Positions 34,247 to 44,489 of a stretch of DNA of 64,000 nucleotides are shown here, one piece after another. Both the position numbers and the translations under genes were made by a program. Numbering within the stretch: position 1 is the first letter of the stretch; every line of letters begins with the position of its first letter. Source of the stretch: Diplonema japonicum (Eukaryota; Protista; Euglenozoa: Diplonemea). The DNA lies in NCBI GenBank assembly GCA_964019335.1, contig OZ025730.1, positions 124,001 to 188,000 on the forward strand, read 5' to 3'. A model generated the notes under the pieces. That model did not search any database. It was not told the DNA's origin and saw only the letters and a list, made by a program, of their open reading frames with translations.

Positions 34247-34258
34247 CAATAAAGTACA
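34247..34258 (-). other. Spliced-leader 3'-end relic (TGTACTTTATTG)
   Basis: Matches the last 12 nt of the diplonemid/Leishmania-type SL (...GTTTCTGTACTTTATTG) and sits exactly at the 5' TSD junction of the LINE. Confidence 0.7.
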
Positions 34259-34479
34259 ATAAAAATCTACCTTTTTTTTTTCTTCTTTTTTTTTTTTTTT
34301 CTCCTTCTTTTCCCTCACTGAATATCACACCCACCACCCCGTTCGTCGTAGTCACAGGAGCCAGCTTCCTGACGTCTGGCGATTGTATCCATAATGGTAC
34401 TTTTGAGATTTTGGAGATGCTCCTGTATTTTTTTTTTTTTTTTTTTTCCTCTTTTTTTTAATACAAAATTAATTTCCTA

Positions 34480-35709
34480 TCATACATAAGCAACCTCACA
34501 TGATTTCTGTACGGACTGGCCCTCCAACCGGTGTCGACGGTCCGCCAATGCTTCACTATTACCGGCGTACAACTCGCGGTCTATCGTCCCGTTCACAGAA
34601 AAGGACGAAACAACCTTCTGGAGCCAAAGTGTGTCAGACACAACATTCGAAATATCCTCATATGAATTGTGCTGCTGCCGCGCGTAGTACTCGTCAGGGT
34701 CGTCCCCATGCGAAGGCATACTACTCCGGAGCTCCTTGTAACGCCGTTGCCAAGTCAAGGAGTCTGCTTGCAAGGTGTCTAATTCACGTGAAATCGACTC
34801 GATTTGCGAATCGTGGTCGGCCTTCAGCATCTCCTTCTCGGTTTGCAGATCTTCGACGACAAAACGGAGCTCCTGGAGGTCCTCCTTGAGAACCATCCCG
34901 GTCTCGTGTTTTTGTTTGATTTCTTGTATTGTTCTCGCCATGCTGGTGACGATGTCTTGGAGGGAGTTCATTCTTGTTTCGATTTCGCTGCGTTCCTTGA
35001 TCGCCTGTGTGAGCTGTTCGGTCTTTTCAGACAGGTTCTCCTCGAGGTTTAAAATCTCACACCCGCGTTCTTCGTGTAGAAGGGTGAGCTTTGCCTTTTC
35101 TTCTTCGAGTTTTGCGAGCTCGGCGCCGCTCTGCGCGTCGTGGTGTTTTGTGTTCCCCAGCGACATTTTCAAAATTCTGTCTTCATAATGATACCGTTGC
35201 GTTTCTTCTCGAATAGCAAGCTCCTTCACCTTCTCGCGTAACGCGTCGATTATCTGTGCCTTGTCCTGTAGTTTTCTCTCTAACTTCTCAACAGACGATG
35301 ACTGCCTGGAATGTTTCGACAGTTCCTTCGACAGGTCCGACAGCTCCGCGTGAAGTTCGTTGTTCCACGCGTGCAAGCGTGAGTTCTCCTCCGCCAGTTC
35401 TTGATTCGACTTCTCGTCGATCATCTCTGTGAATTGATCTGGTCTCGGACCGTCATCTGTCATGACGTACTCCTCAGGTGAATAAGACCCACTGCGCCAT
35501 TTTCCTCCTTGTGGCACGGCAACATTTCTTGGTGGGCTGATGGGCGACACGTAAGGTTGTGCTTTGAAATCCAACGACATCATCGTTTCCAGCCCTACAG
35601 ATCCGCATCTTTGTGGCATCCTCGCACAAGGCGAATCGTCATCGCTCATGGAATACTGCAAAACCCTGTCCACAGTCTGCTGCTGTCGCCACGCTCCTTT
35701 TTCCGTCAT
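34480..35709 (-). CDS. Coiled-coil protein
   Basis: 409 aa with a long E/K/L/Q-rich heptad region. Confidence 0.75.
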   Translation of the reverse strand: MTEKGAWRQQQTVDRVLQYSMSDDDSPCARMPQRCGSVGLETMMSLDFKAQPYVSPISPPRNVAVPQGGKWRSGSYSPEEYVMTDDGPRPDQFTEMIDEKSNQELAEENSRLHAWNNELHAELSDLSKELSKHSRQSSSVEKLERKLQDKAQIIDALREKVKELAIREETQRYHYEDRILKMSLGNTKHHDAQSGAELAKLEEEKAKLTLLHEERGCEILNLEENLSEKTEQLTQAIKERSEIETRMNSLQDIVTSMARTIQEIKQKHETGMVLKEDLQELRFVVEDLQTEKEMLKADHDSQIESISRELDTLQADSLTWQRRYKELRSSMPSHGDDPDEYYARQQHNSYEDISNVVSDTLWLQKVVSSFSVNGTIDRELYAGNSEALADRRHRLEGQSVQKSCEVAYV

Positions 35710-35960
35710 GTATCCTTCTTTTTTTTTTTGCCCCCTTTTTTTTTCTCTCCCTCTCCCCCCCCCCCCCCCCCGCTTTTCTCCTCCTTTTTTTTATGATAGC
35801 AAAACGGGAGAAAACGAGGAAAGAAAAGAAATAACATAAAAAAGTAAAGCGGAGAAGAGTGGGAGTGATTTATTTTCTCCCCCCCCCCTCCCCCTAAAAG
35901 AAAAGCAGAACACACTATAAAAAAAAAAGAAACACTATTTTTTTTTTTTTTTTTAAATCA

Positions 35961-36060
35961 TCACCAAGTGTCCCTGCTGTTGTTGACCTGCCAGGGAAGG
36001 GTGTACTCTGTCTGGACGGGGGCTTGGGGTTCCAGTTGCACTCGTTGGGTTTCCCAGTAA

Positions 36061-36092
<32 letters not shown>

Positions 36093-36720
36093 CATACTCT
36101 CTGATGTTATCGGGGATGGGTTCTCCCAGCCTGGGGAGGTTGTCGGCCACGAACTTGCGGTGTTTCTTGATTCTGTCTTCGTTGGCATCCCAACGCTTTC
36201 CGTTGAGCCAGGGGTCGTCGGACCGCCTATCGTGCTTGTCGGCCATGGCTTCTTCTTCCAGCATAACCTCGTAAGCGGCCTCTTCTTCAATAGACGCCCA
36301 GTCCCACTCTTTTTCATCGAGATCAGCAAGCTTCACGGTGAGCTTGTTCTTGATGTGCGGAGGCAGGCACGACGCCTTCTCGAACCTCCAGAAATCTCCC
36401 AATTGCTTCAAAGCACCTTCAGTAAGCACCACATAGTGATACCTCATAATGTCCATCGCGTTCATACTGCGAAGCTCTTGAACTTGGATTCCGTAGGTGA
36501 AGACGTTGGTCCAATACGAGTTTTTGTGCATTTCCTGGCTGGGCATGTCCCAGGAGCCGCCATCAATGATGTAGGCCATCTGCCTATCGCGGTCGAAGCC
36601 CCATGAGTTGGCCCAGTCCCGAACCAAGTCCACAGAGGCAGTGGGGAACTTAACCTCGTCAACTATGATCAATCGTTCTTTCAGCAGTTTTAACGACAGC
36701 GCTTCTCGGAGCATCTGGTC

Positions 36721-36765
<45 letters not shown>

Positions 36766-37453
36766 CCCCTTATAATACCTCCGACTGTGTTTTTTGTGAA
36801 TAGTCTCTCCTCTGGTCAACCCACCTCGTGGAACCTTTTTTCGCACCGCCTCCGACGTTGGGCACGTGCTTGAAGTTGTGGTGCCACACGCCCTTCCCGT
36901 GAGTGCCCACTCGATGGGGTTTCAACTGCCCGTCGGGACCCGGGGCGATTTTTCTGTTCGGTTTTTCCCACCCTCCGTATCCGGATTTTCTGAACAGCTC
37001 GTGGCTGTAGGCGTCTGAGAGTCGTGATGTAGTGGGAGCACGGCCGAAGGTGTAGCTGTCAAGCTGTCTTGTCCCGACCGTGTTCTTGTGCATGTCGTAG
37101 ACAGGGACAACGATCTTTTCTTGGCTCACCATCGGGAAGGGTACCTTGCAGGCAAGATCGACATCGTCAAGGTCCACACCCTCCTCCAGGGCTGCGGGGT
37201 TAGAGTCGAAATAGTGTTCAGTCTCCAGTTTGTCTTCCCTCAGGGCTCTCCGGCCCGCTACATCTGTTGTCGAATTCCTTGTGTGGGAGTAAAACCTGCT
37301 CTTCCAGTACTCTTCCTTCGGCGTCAGATCCTCCGGGCTCAATCCAGCAGGAACCCCCAACGGTCGGCCCCATTCATCTTCATCCGGCATCACTTGCATC
37401 GCAGCTTTTGAACTGCATCTCCGTGCAGCCCTTCGCATTGCTACTGCTTTCAT
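35961..37453 (-). CDS. MRPL4: Mitochondrial ribosomal protein uL4m, 3 exons (introns 36715-36778 and 36061-36097)
   Basis: Transit-peptide-like N-terminus and uL4-like segments VPVYD...QLDSYTFG, RDYSQK|..REALSLKLLKERLIIVD and MNAMDIMRYHYVVLTEGALKQL. Removing two GT-AG poly-A introns joins three ORF-track pieces in frame. Confidence 0.8.
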
Positions 37454-37580
37454 TTTATTTTATTTCACCTCAGGGGGAGGGATAGAGACATAAAATGGAA
37501 AAAAAAAATAATAATAATAATAAAAAAGACACAACATAAAAAAGGGGGGGGGGGGAAACTTTTTTTTTCTATTTTTTTGT

Positions 37581-37963
37581 TCATTCTTCATCTGTTTCAG
37601 TGTCGCTGTCGTCGTCAGGTCTTCTCGCAGGTCGCCACCCCCATTGGAGCAGATGCTGGATGGGCTCTGCGTCGTCCGGTTGTGTTCTGAACACCTCGCG
37701 GGACTCCTTCCCTTCGCCCTTCACCTTGAATTTAATCTCAGGGCCGAGGCCCTTTTCCGGGAGCTTCGTCACGTAGCCAATGGAGCCTTTGGGGACAATT
37801 TTCCCAGAAGTGAGTTTGAGCTCTTTGAGTGTGTGTGCATGCTGGTTAGCCTCGTAGTGAGCAGGGAGGTATTTTCGTAGGTCCGCGTACGTAACCTTGT
37901 TTTCCCGCATCCACTCTTTTCTTTCTGTTTCTAGTCGAGACTGGGCCATGCGCCTGTGGGAAC

Positions 37964-37997
<34 letters not shown>

Positions 37998-38297
37998 TTC
38001 GAAATTTTGTTTTATGATCGCATACCCTGTTTTGCACCATATAACGTACGAAAGTGCCGTGTTTGCGATCCACAGTTCCTCGTTGTTGATGAGCTCTTGC
38101 GAGATATCGACGATGTCCGTGAGCAGGGAATTGCGTTTCTTTTTTTTTTTTTGTTTTGTTTTCTTCGAATAAAAAACAAAATATACCTGCCCCCTCAACG
38201 TCGTCCTCGGTGCCGGGGCAACCACACCCCTCTCCCTTTTCTTTTTTCGTCGCATCTCCGTGGCCCTGTCGCCTATCATTTGCTGCATTGTCGTCAT
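37581..38297 (-). CDS. Hypothetical protein with two predicted in-frame introns (38139-38186 and 37954-38025)
   Basis: The ORF reads through two GTAT...AG A-rich segments (48 and 72 nt) that translate as poly-Lys. Removing them keeps the frame. Confidence 0.6.
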
Positions 38298-39053
38298 TTT
38301 CTCTCTCCCTTACCCCTCTCCCCAACCTTTTTTTCCCTCTTTTTTTTCTCTTACTGCTGGCGTCTTTGTTCAACGTGAAAGAAAGAAATAAAACAAAAAC
38401 AAAAAAAGAAAAAGGAGAAAGAAAATTTCGATTCAAATAAGCAACGAAACCCAAAGGGCATCATGACGAAACGCTGCATTTCTTTTTTTTACGGTGAGCA
38501 CCCACCCGCACACCGAAATATATCAAATTTTTTTTTATTTCTTCTTCTTTTTCCTTTTCTTCTTGGGTGTGAGCAGTTCAACTAAGGTCAATGGCCCAAG
38601 CCGCTCACCGTCCAGTAAGGGTTCATCAAGACAAGGTCGTCTCGATTTTAGTGGTGCCATGCAGTATGTGACACAGCGACCACCCTTGTGAAACTTCGCC
38701 CGAAGCCTCCCAAGTCCCCTACGGTCCCGTAGATAGTAAAAGTGGAGAGGTAAAGAAAGCTTTTGAAAAAAAAGAAAAAGAAAAAAAAAACCAAAAAGAA
38801 AATAAGAGAGGGGAACGATTTTTTATTATTCTTCATTTACTTGTGTGTTTGCGTCTTTGCGTTCTTTTCTTTTCTTTTCTTTTTCCCTCCCCTTTCACCA
38901 AAAACCACCGCATGCCAGAAATGGATAGGTAAAAAGCTGGCGCAGTAGTTCTTGACTGTGGCAAAATATGTAGTAACAAGTCACGCAAAAGGTGCACAGG
39001 AGAGGCAAACATTGTGTCCACAGGTGGAGTTTGGCACGGCATCGATCAGCGAA

Positions 39054-40610
39054 TCAGTTGCTCTGCACACCCTGCAAGGATTGGCTGTCGGCAATGTACA
39101 AGGCTACCATGTAAGTGGTAGGGTAGATGAGGCTTTCCTTGTTACCGTTTGCCAGGTTCTGCACTTCAATGTGTACCTTGGCAAAGCCGTGCTTGCCCGT
39201 CTTGCTAAGCGACTTGCGGACCACGCGGCACGGCTCTCCCTTCTCGTTGAGAAGACGCATATGAAGCGTAACGTATGCAGCGGCTACTGAACATGGCTCG
39301 CCGCCTTGCTGCTGCACAATGGATGTCGTTGCCCCTGGCTGTACACAGTCGGGTTGGCTGGCTCCTCCGTTTCCATTGTGAGATATGAAACGTTTGGCAG
39401 TCCCGACATTTCCGTACCTCATGTTTGAGGCTACGCTCAGCATTTGTGTCGTGTGCTGCAGCCCCTGCTCGCAAAGCCTCAGGTCGTCCATCAACCCACC
39501 ACACTCCTCAACATCCTTGACACAGCTGTCTGAGATGACCTTCCTTGTGGCACCAATGAGCTTTGAGGCTTCGTCGATAAGCTGCTTCTCGCAGAGCTCA
39601 CCTGCCCTCTCGAGGGCCTGCGCTGTGAGAAGACGCATCTTGTGCACCTCTACGGTTTTGTTGACTTCTGTGCTGTCCCCTCTTGGAGCGATGATGTCGC
39701 ATGATGCCGTCTTGTATGCAGCGGCCTCCACGTCGTAGTACGAAAGGTGTGCCTCTGCAATCTTCTCGACGTCGTCAGCAAGCAGCGTGGTGTCGATAAG
39801 GATGTGCCTCTCTTGGTGCTTGTGGATGTCGGCAAGGTCGACGGTGGTGCGTGACGTGTCGTAGCGCGTGTGGATCTTCTTCAGGGTGCAGTGGACAGGC
39901 TTGATCTCCAGCTGCATGTCAGACACCACAACATCTTTCGAGAAGCGGAAGCAAGCGCTCAAGCAAGGCGTGATTTCCTCCGCAGTTCCAATAAACGAGT
40001 AGCACCCCTTCCCATAGTTCGCAAGGTTGTACAGAAGCGTGGGGTCGTGCGAGGTTCCGAAGCCGAATGTGAAGCAAGTCACGGACTTGTAGTGGCAGTC
40101 CTTTACTGCGGTGAACCCTTCCTCTGCCATGGAGAGGAGCCCGTCTCTGTTCCTTACAGTGCCTGACGTTGCGTTCCCGTCTGTGAGGAAGATGATGACA
40201 GCAGAGGTGGCCTTGTGCGGCGTGGAGTTCCCGACAAGGTTGAAGGTCTTCTGCAAAGCGCCCTCGATGTCCGTGGCGCCGCACGCCCTTACGTTCTCGT
40301 TGATGACAGACACTGCGAGGTCCCTTCCTGTGTCCGTCATCTTTGTCAAGGGGAGCTCCACTGTTGCTTTGCAGGCAAAGCACACGACACCCATCCTGTC
40401 GTTCTCATTCAGACCCTCCACGGTCTGGAGCATGCATGTCTTGACCAACCCGATGGCCCCTGACATGCTGCTCGAGGTGTCGATGACGCATATGACATCG
40501 ACAGGGTTCCCTCCGTTGCCCTTCACGTGCACCGACACCACACTGGTCAGGTCGGCGGGCGTGCAGGAGGGAACCTGGTTCCTGGAGGATGCACAGAGCT
40601 CAACAGTCAT
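39054..40610 (-). CDS. VWA-domain protein with a C-terminal eIF5A N-terminal-like domain
   Basis: MIDAS DTSSSM, GATDI, IIFLTDG and FGFGTSHD. The C-terminal GEPCRVVRKSLSKTGKHGFAKVHIEVQNLANGNKESLIYP matches the eIF5A pattern PCKI....SKTGKHGHAKVH...IFTGKK....P. Confidence 0.85.
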   Translation of the reverse strand: MTVELCASSRNQVPSCTPADLTSVVSVHVKGNGGNPVDVICVIDTSSSMSGAIGLVKTCMLQTVEGLNENDRMGVVCFACKATVELPLTKMTDTGRDLAVSVINENVRACGATDIEGALQKTFNLVGNSTPHKATSAVIIFLTDGNATSGTVRNRDGLLSMAEEGFTAVKDCHYKSVTCFTFGFGTSHDPTLLYNLANYGKGCYSFIGTAEEITPCLSACFRFSKDVVVSDMQLEIKPVHCTLKKIHTRYDTSRTTVDLADIHKHQERHILIDTTLLADDVEKIAEAHLSYYDVEAAAYKTASCDIIAPRGDSTEVNKTVEVHKMRLLTAQALERAGELCEKQLIDEASKLIGATRKVISDSCVKDVEECGGLMDDLRLCEQGLQHTTQMLSVASNMRYGNVGTAKRFISHNGNGGASQPDCVQPGATTSIVQQQGGEPCSVAAAYVTLHMRLLNEKGEPCRVVRKSLSKTGKHGFAKVHIEVQNLANGNKESLIYPTTYMVALYIADSQSLQGVQSN

Positions 40611-40700
40611 TGTTTTTTTTTTTTCTTTTTTTTAAAAAAGACTTTCATGCATGTTTGCACAAAAAGAGGAAAAGCGGAGGAGGGGGGGGGGAAAAAAAAC

Positions 40701-42719
40701 TTAAGTCACAACCCTCGCGTGCCTCTGCTTCATCAACCGCATGTCGACCCCCATGTTTAAAGTCTCCTCTTGGACGCCGTACCGATTCCTCAGGTGCGCA
40801 AGCTCGCTATGGATGAAAGATGAAGTGGGGGCAGGTTGGGAAGGCGAGACTATGGCGAGACGATGCAAGACATGCAACACCGCAAGGTAGTCTTGGTACG
40901 GTACCAGACGGTTGTACCTGGCTAGTTTGTGCACGATGCTTTGGTAGAAGTTCCGGGTTGTGCAGCGTGCTGTGTACAGCGCAGTGGTCAGCATGGGCAG
41001 GCGGTCCCTAGCGATGTGCATGTGGCTAGCAAGCTCGCCCACGATGTTGGTGTGTTGTAGGTCATCCCCTAAAATAATAGGCAGGCCTTTGATCATCCCC
41101 GCGATCTGTTCGTGTCTTGATATCCTAAACTCCCTGCGGCCCCACGCTTCAGCAATCTTGGTTATGACGTCGCGCAGCTCAGTGCAGACAGTGTTGAATT
41201 TAGTTTTGAAGTGGAGTGCCACTTCGACCCATCTCGAGGCGGAGTCGAAGTGGAATTTGGTTTCTTTCAGTTTCGCGGAAGCTGCCTTCTGCACGGTGGC
41301 CGCATCGTGGTACACAACAGCGCACCACGCAAGGCGGGAGAGTGTTTCGTCGGTCATGGCAGTGTACCGGACGGAGGTGGCGATGGTTTTGAACTCCTCC
41401 TCGCAATTGCCCAGCGTCGCTGCAGCATATGTTGCCCGCCTCACTTCACTGCTTGTTAGGTCCGTGTGTGCGGTCATTGCCCTCACGCACTCCCTTCCTA
41501 TGTACTGCATGAAGGGTCGGACATCCCCTGCCGTGGGGGTTAACGCTTTGCGGTGTAGTATTTTGTCATCCCACACACGCTCGTCTGACAGCTTTGTCTT
41601 CGGGGTTTTCTGCAAACGTGTGAAGTCGGGAACACTGCACTTCATCGCAACGCCGTCTTGTTGTTCCCCTTGGGAAGGGATGAGTTGGTTCTCTGCAGCG
41701 ATGTCGGTGCTGAGCGAGTTCCACAGCAGGTCGTCGATAGGGGACCAGTCCAAGTCGTGCTTGGCAGGCAGCACCGTTGACTGGTGTTCCAACAAAGGAG
41801 CGTTGTCTTTAGTAAGAAACACAGAGATGGACCACGCAAGCTTTGCAATGTCCGACCGGTGCATGGACGACAGATACGGACGAATCCGGGACAGGAAGCA
41901 CCACAACAGCTCCGTAGTCCAGAAATCTTGAACGGACGACGACCGTGAGAGAGCGAACTGCAGCAGGATCTGGTTCATCTCAGTGACATCAGCAAAGTGG
42001 AGCAGCGATCCACGCCACGCAATGCAAGAAACGACACGCTTTGAATCGTAGTTACGAAAGACGGTTATAAGAGGAAGGATGGATCTGGGTGCGATGAGAT
42101 GTACCGCTGCAGACGAAGATCGAACCAGCAACGACCCGAGGTACTGCAAGGCTTCCCCGTTCTTCTGCTTGTGCAGTATGGTGCAAACCTCGGAGAAATT
42201 GTATGAGTTCAGCTCCTTCGCACGCAGAAGGATCGCCTTTTGCAGGTCGGTTGAAACCACATGCAAAACGCTCAGCCCGTATAGCACCCCACAGAGATCG
42301 GGCAATGTCACGTTTTGAGATACAATTATGCGTTTTGTTAGGTCGTTGAGGGGGAGTTCCCTGCGTGCTGTTTTGCGCCCCTTCTCGCTCAGTACCAAAT
42401 ATCTGAATATAAGAAGCAGTTCCCTGTCATGGAGGTGTTTCTTGTTGTGGAGCAGTGGTGTCAGGAGTTGGTCTTCTACTGTCGGAGCGACGTCCGTTCT
42501 CATTCGTCTGAAGGTCTCGAGGATGGTGGCTGAGAGGCCTGGTTCGATGAGGAAGCGGTTGGCGTCCCTCAGTACGCGGTCGGACAGTCCCCTCCCGACG
42601 TCCTTCCACCCTTCTCTTTCTGTTTTTCGCAGCTCTGGTATCGTCCCCAAGACTCTTTTCAGTTCTTTGCCCGTCCCATACAGGACATCTTTTACAACAC
42701 CTCGCGGTGGGAGATTCAT
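40701..42719 (-). CDS. Hypothetical alpha-helical repeat protein (possibly organellar RNA-binding type)
   Basis: 672-aa ORF with Leu-rich helical repeats such as DIAKLAWSIS and TLSRLAWCAV. Function unassigned. Confidence 0.65.
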   Translation of the reverse strand: MNLPPRGVVKDVLYGTGKELKRVLGTIPELRKTEREGWKDVGRGLSDRVLRDANRFLIEPGLSATILETFRRMRTDVAPTVEDQLLTPLLHNKKHLHDRELLLIFRYLVLSEKGRKTARRELPLNDLTKRIIVSQNVTLPDLCGVLYGLSVLHVVSTDLQKAILLRAKELNSYNFSEVCTILHKQKNGEALQYLGSLLVRSSSAAVHLIAPRSILPLITVFRNYDSKRVVSCIAWRGSLLHFADVTEMNQILLQFALSRSSSVQDFWTTELLWCFLSRIRPYLSSMHRSDIAKLAWSISVFLTKDNAPLLEHQSTVLPAKHDLDWSPIDDLLWNSLSTDIAAENQLIPSQGEQQDGVAMKCSVPDFTRLQKTPKTKLSDERVWDDKILHRKALTPTAGDVRPFMQYIGRECVRAMTAHTDLTSSEVRRATYAAATLGNCEEEFKTIATSVRYTAMTDETLSRLAWCAVVYHDAATVQKAASAKLKETKFHFDSASRWVEVALHFKTKFNTVCTELRDVITKIAEAWGRREFRISRHEQIAGMIKGLPIILGDDLQHTNIVGELASHMHIARDRLPMLTTALYTARCTTRNFYQSIVHKLARYNRLVPYQDYLAVLHVLHRLAIVSPSQPAPTSSFIHSELAHLRNRYGVQEETLNMGVDMRLMKQRHARVVT

Positions 42720-42734
42720 ATCGCTGGCATTGTT

Positions 42735-42766
<32 letters not shown>

Positions 42767-42773
42767 CGCCCCT

Positions 42774-42815
<42 letters not shown>

Positions 42816-43087
42816 GGGTGAGGGAAGAAGGGGAGGGATAAGAAAAAAAAGGGGGGAAGGCGGTAGCAACGATAAACGTGAGCACTCAGGGGGGGGAAAG
42901 AAGAGAAAGAAAGAACAAAAAGGGAAGCAAAAAAAAAAAGAATTGGATTCTTTACTTTTTTTTCTTAAAAAAAATGGTTTTTTTTTCTCCCTCATTTTTT
43001 TTTCTCATTCTTCTTTTCCCGTTGTGTAGGCATAATCGTTTTCGTTGTCAAAAGCCTTTTGCCTATTGTTGCTAAGCCGCTGGAACG

Positions 43088-43133
<46 letters not shown>

Positions 43134-43656
43134 CTTTTGTTAAAACCGTGTGTTCGGGGAGGGGGGAGAGAGAATGAATAAGGCCCCAGAATCGAAAATA
43201 GGTCAAAAAATTAAAAAAAGAGGGAAGGGTACTTTACTGTGATGAGAAGCAAGCAGCGACTCGATAAAAAAAAAAAAAAAATGGGGAGAGGGAATAAAAT
43301 AATAAATGGGCCTCAGAGGCTTACCAATGAAAGGGGGGGAAGAAAAAAAAGCAACAAAAAAGGGGGGGGGGGTGTGGCTAACAGGACCCTCATCCCACCC
43401 TATTTTTTCACACTTTGTTATTTTCTTCACCCCCCCCTTTTTTTTAACAATTACTTTTCCCTTTCTTTTTTCCTTCCCCCCCTTATTTTTCTCCCGTTTC
43501 GGCAGGGCCGGATGACCCTGTTCATGTTGAAACCATTTTTTTTTTTTTAAACTCTTCAGACTTCTTCTTTTTTTTCCTTCCCTTGGGGAAATGTTGTTAT
43601 AAGACGTTCCGTTTAGAAAGATTCCATAAAAGGCCAAGCACACATAAGTGACAAAG

Positions 43657-43687
<31 letters not shown>

Positions 43688-44286
43688 GTGGAAAAAATTC
43701 CTACAGAAAGCTTTAAGACGGCACTTCCTTGCTTTTGGAGGAGGTTTTTTTGTTTGCAGGCTTGAAAGGAAAAAAAACGGGGGGAAAATAAAATTCTGCC
43801 GTTCAAGCGTGCTTGAGTGTGCACGAAAGTAGGGGTGGAGAAGGGGAAGAGAAAATCAAATCACGTGAAAAATGCGTATTCCAAACGTATCTGAGCCGGA
43901 GGGATGCCAATTGAATAAAAAAGGTGGATCAACCTTTTTTTTTTCTTTTTTTTTTCCACTCCCATTGAGATGATCCCTTCATAAAGTGAAAAGGAAAAAA
44001 AAAAAAAAAAAATGCTTGATACAAAAGAGAGAGAGAGAGAGAGAGAGAGAGAAGCTGGGGGGGAGTTTCTTTTGAAATGTTCACTGTGTGCTTCATTTCT
44101 TTCTTATTTTTTCTTTTTTTTTGAACTCTTTGAACGAGATTGCAACCAAGAAAAGAAAAAGAACAAAAAAAACGAGTTATTTTTCCTTGGAATTTTTAAG
44201 CAAAAGTAAAACTACAAATAAAAACGAAGAAAATCGGGAATCTTTTTTTCACTAAGACGGGGGATGGAAGTGCAGAAGGGGTAACC

Positions 44287-44321
<35 letters not shown>

Positions 44322-44489
44322 AGAAGGAAAAAGGAACGGGAAGCAAAAAGAAAAGGGGGGGAAAAAAGAAAAAGAAAAAAAAAAAAAAAAAGAGAACGAA
44401 GAATTAGAATGAAACTCTGCTTCATTTTTTCTCTCTCGTTTTCTATCTTTTCTTTTCTCCTCCCCCCCGGGGGTGAAATAAAGTTAAGA

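Larger units (their letters stand above)
27818..34257 (-). mobile_element. Full-length APE-type non-LTR retrotransposon (LINE)
   Basis: Intact ORF1 and ORF2, bounded by the 9-bp direct repeat AATAAAAAT at 27809-27817 and 34258-34266. The 3' end recurs at 5455-5494. Confidence 0.92.

Noticed and set aside
36715-36778. Programmed frameshifting or RNA editing at poly-A runs in uL4m and RPA1
   Set aside because: Canonical GT...AG boundaries restore the frame in each case, so splicing is the simpler explanation.
42730-44480. Poly-Lys/Phe/Gly/Pro ORFs in intergenic DNA
   Set aside because: Artefacts of translating A/T/G/C homopolymer runs.
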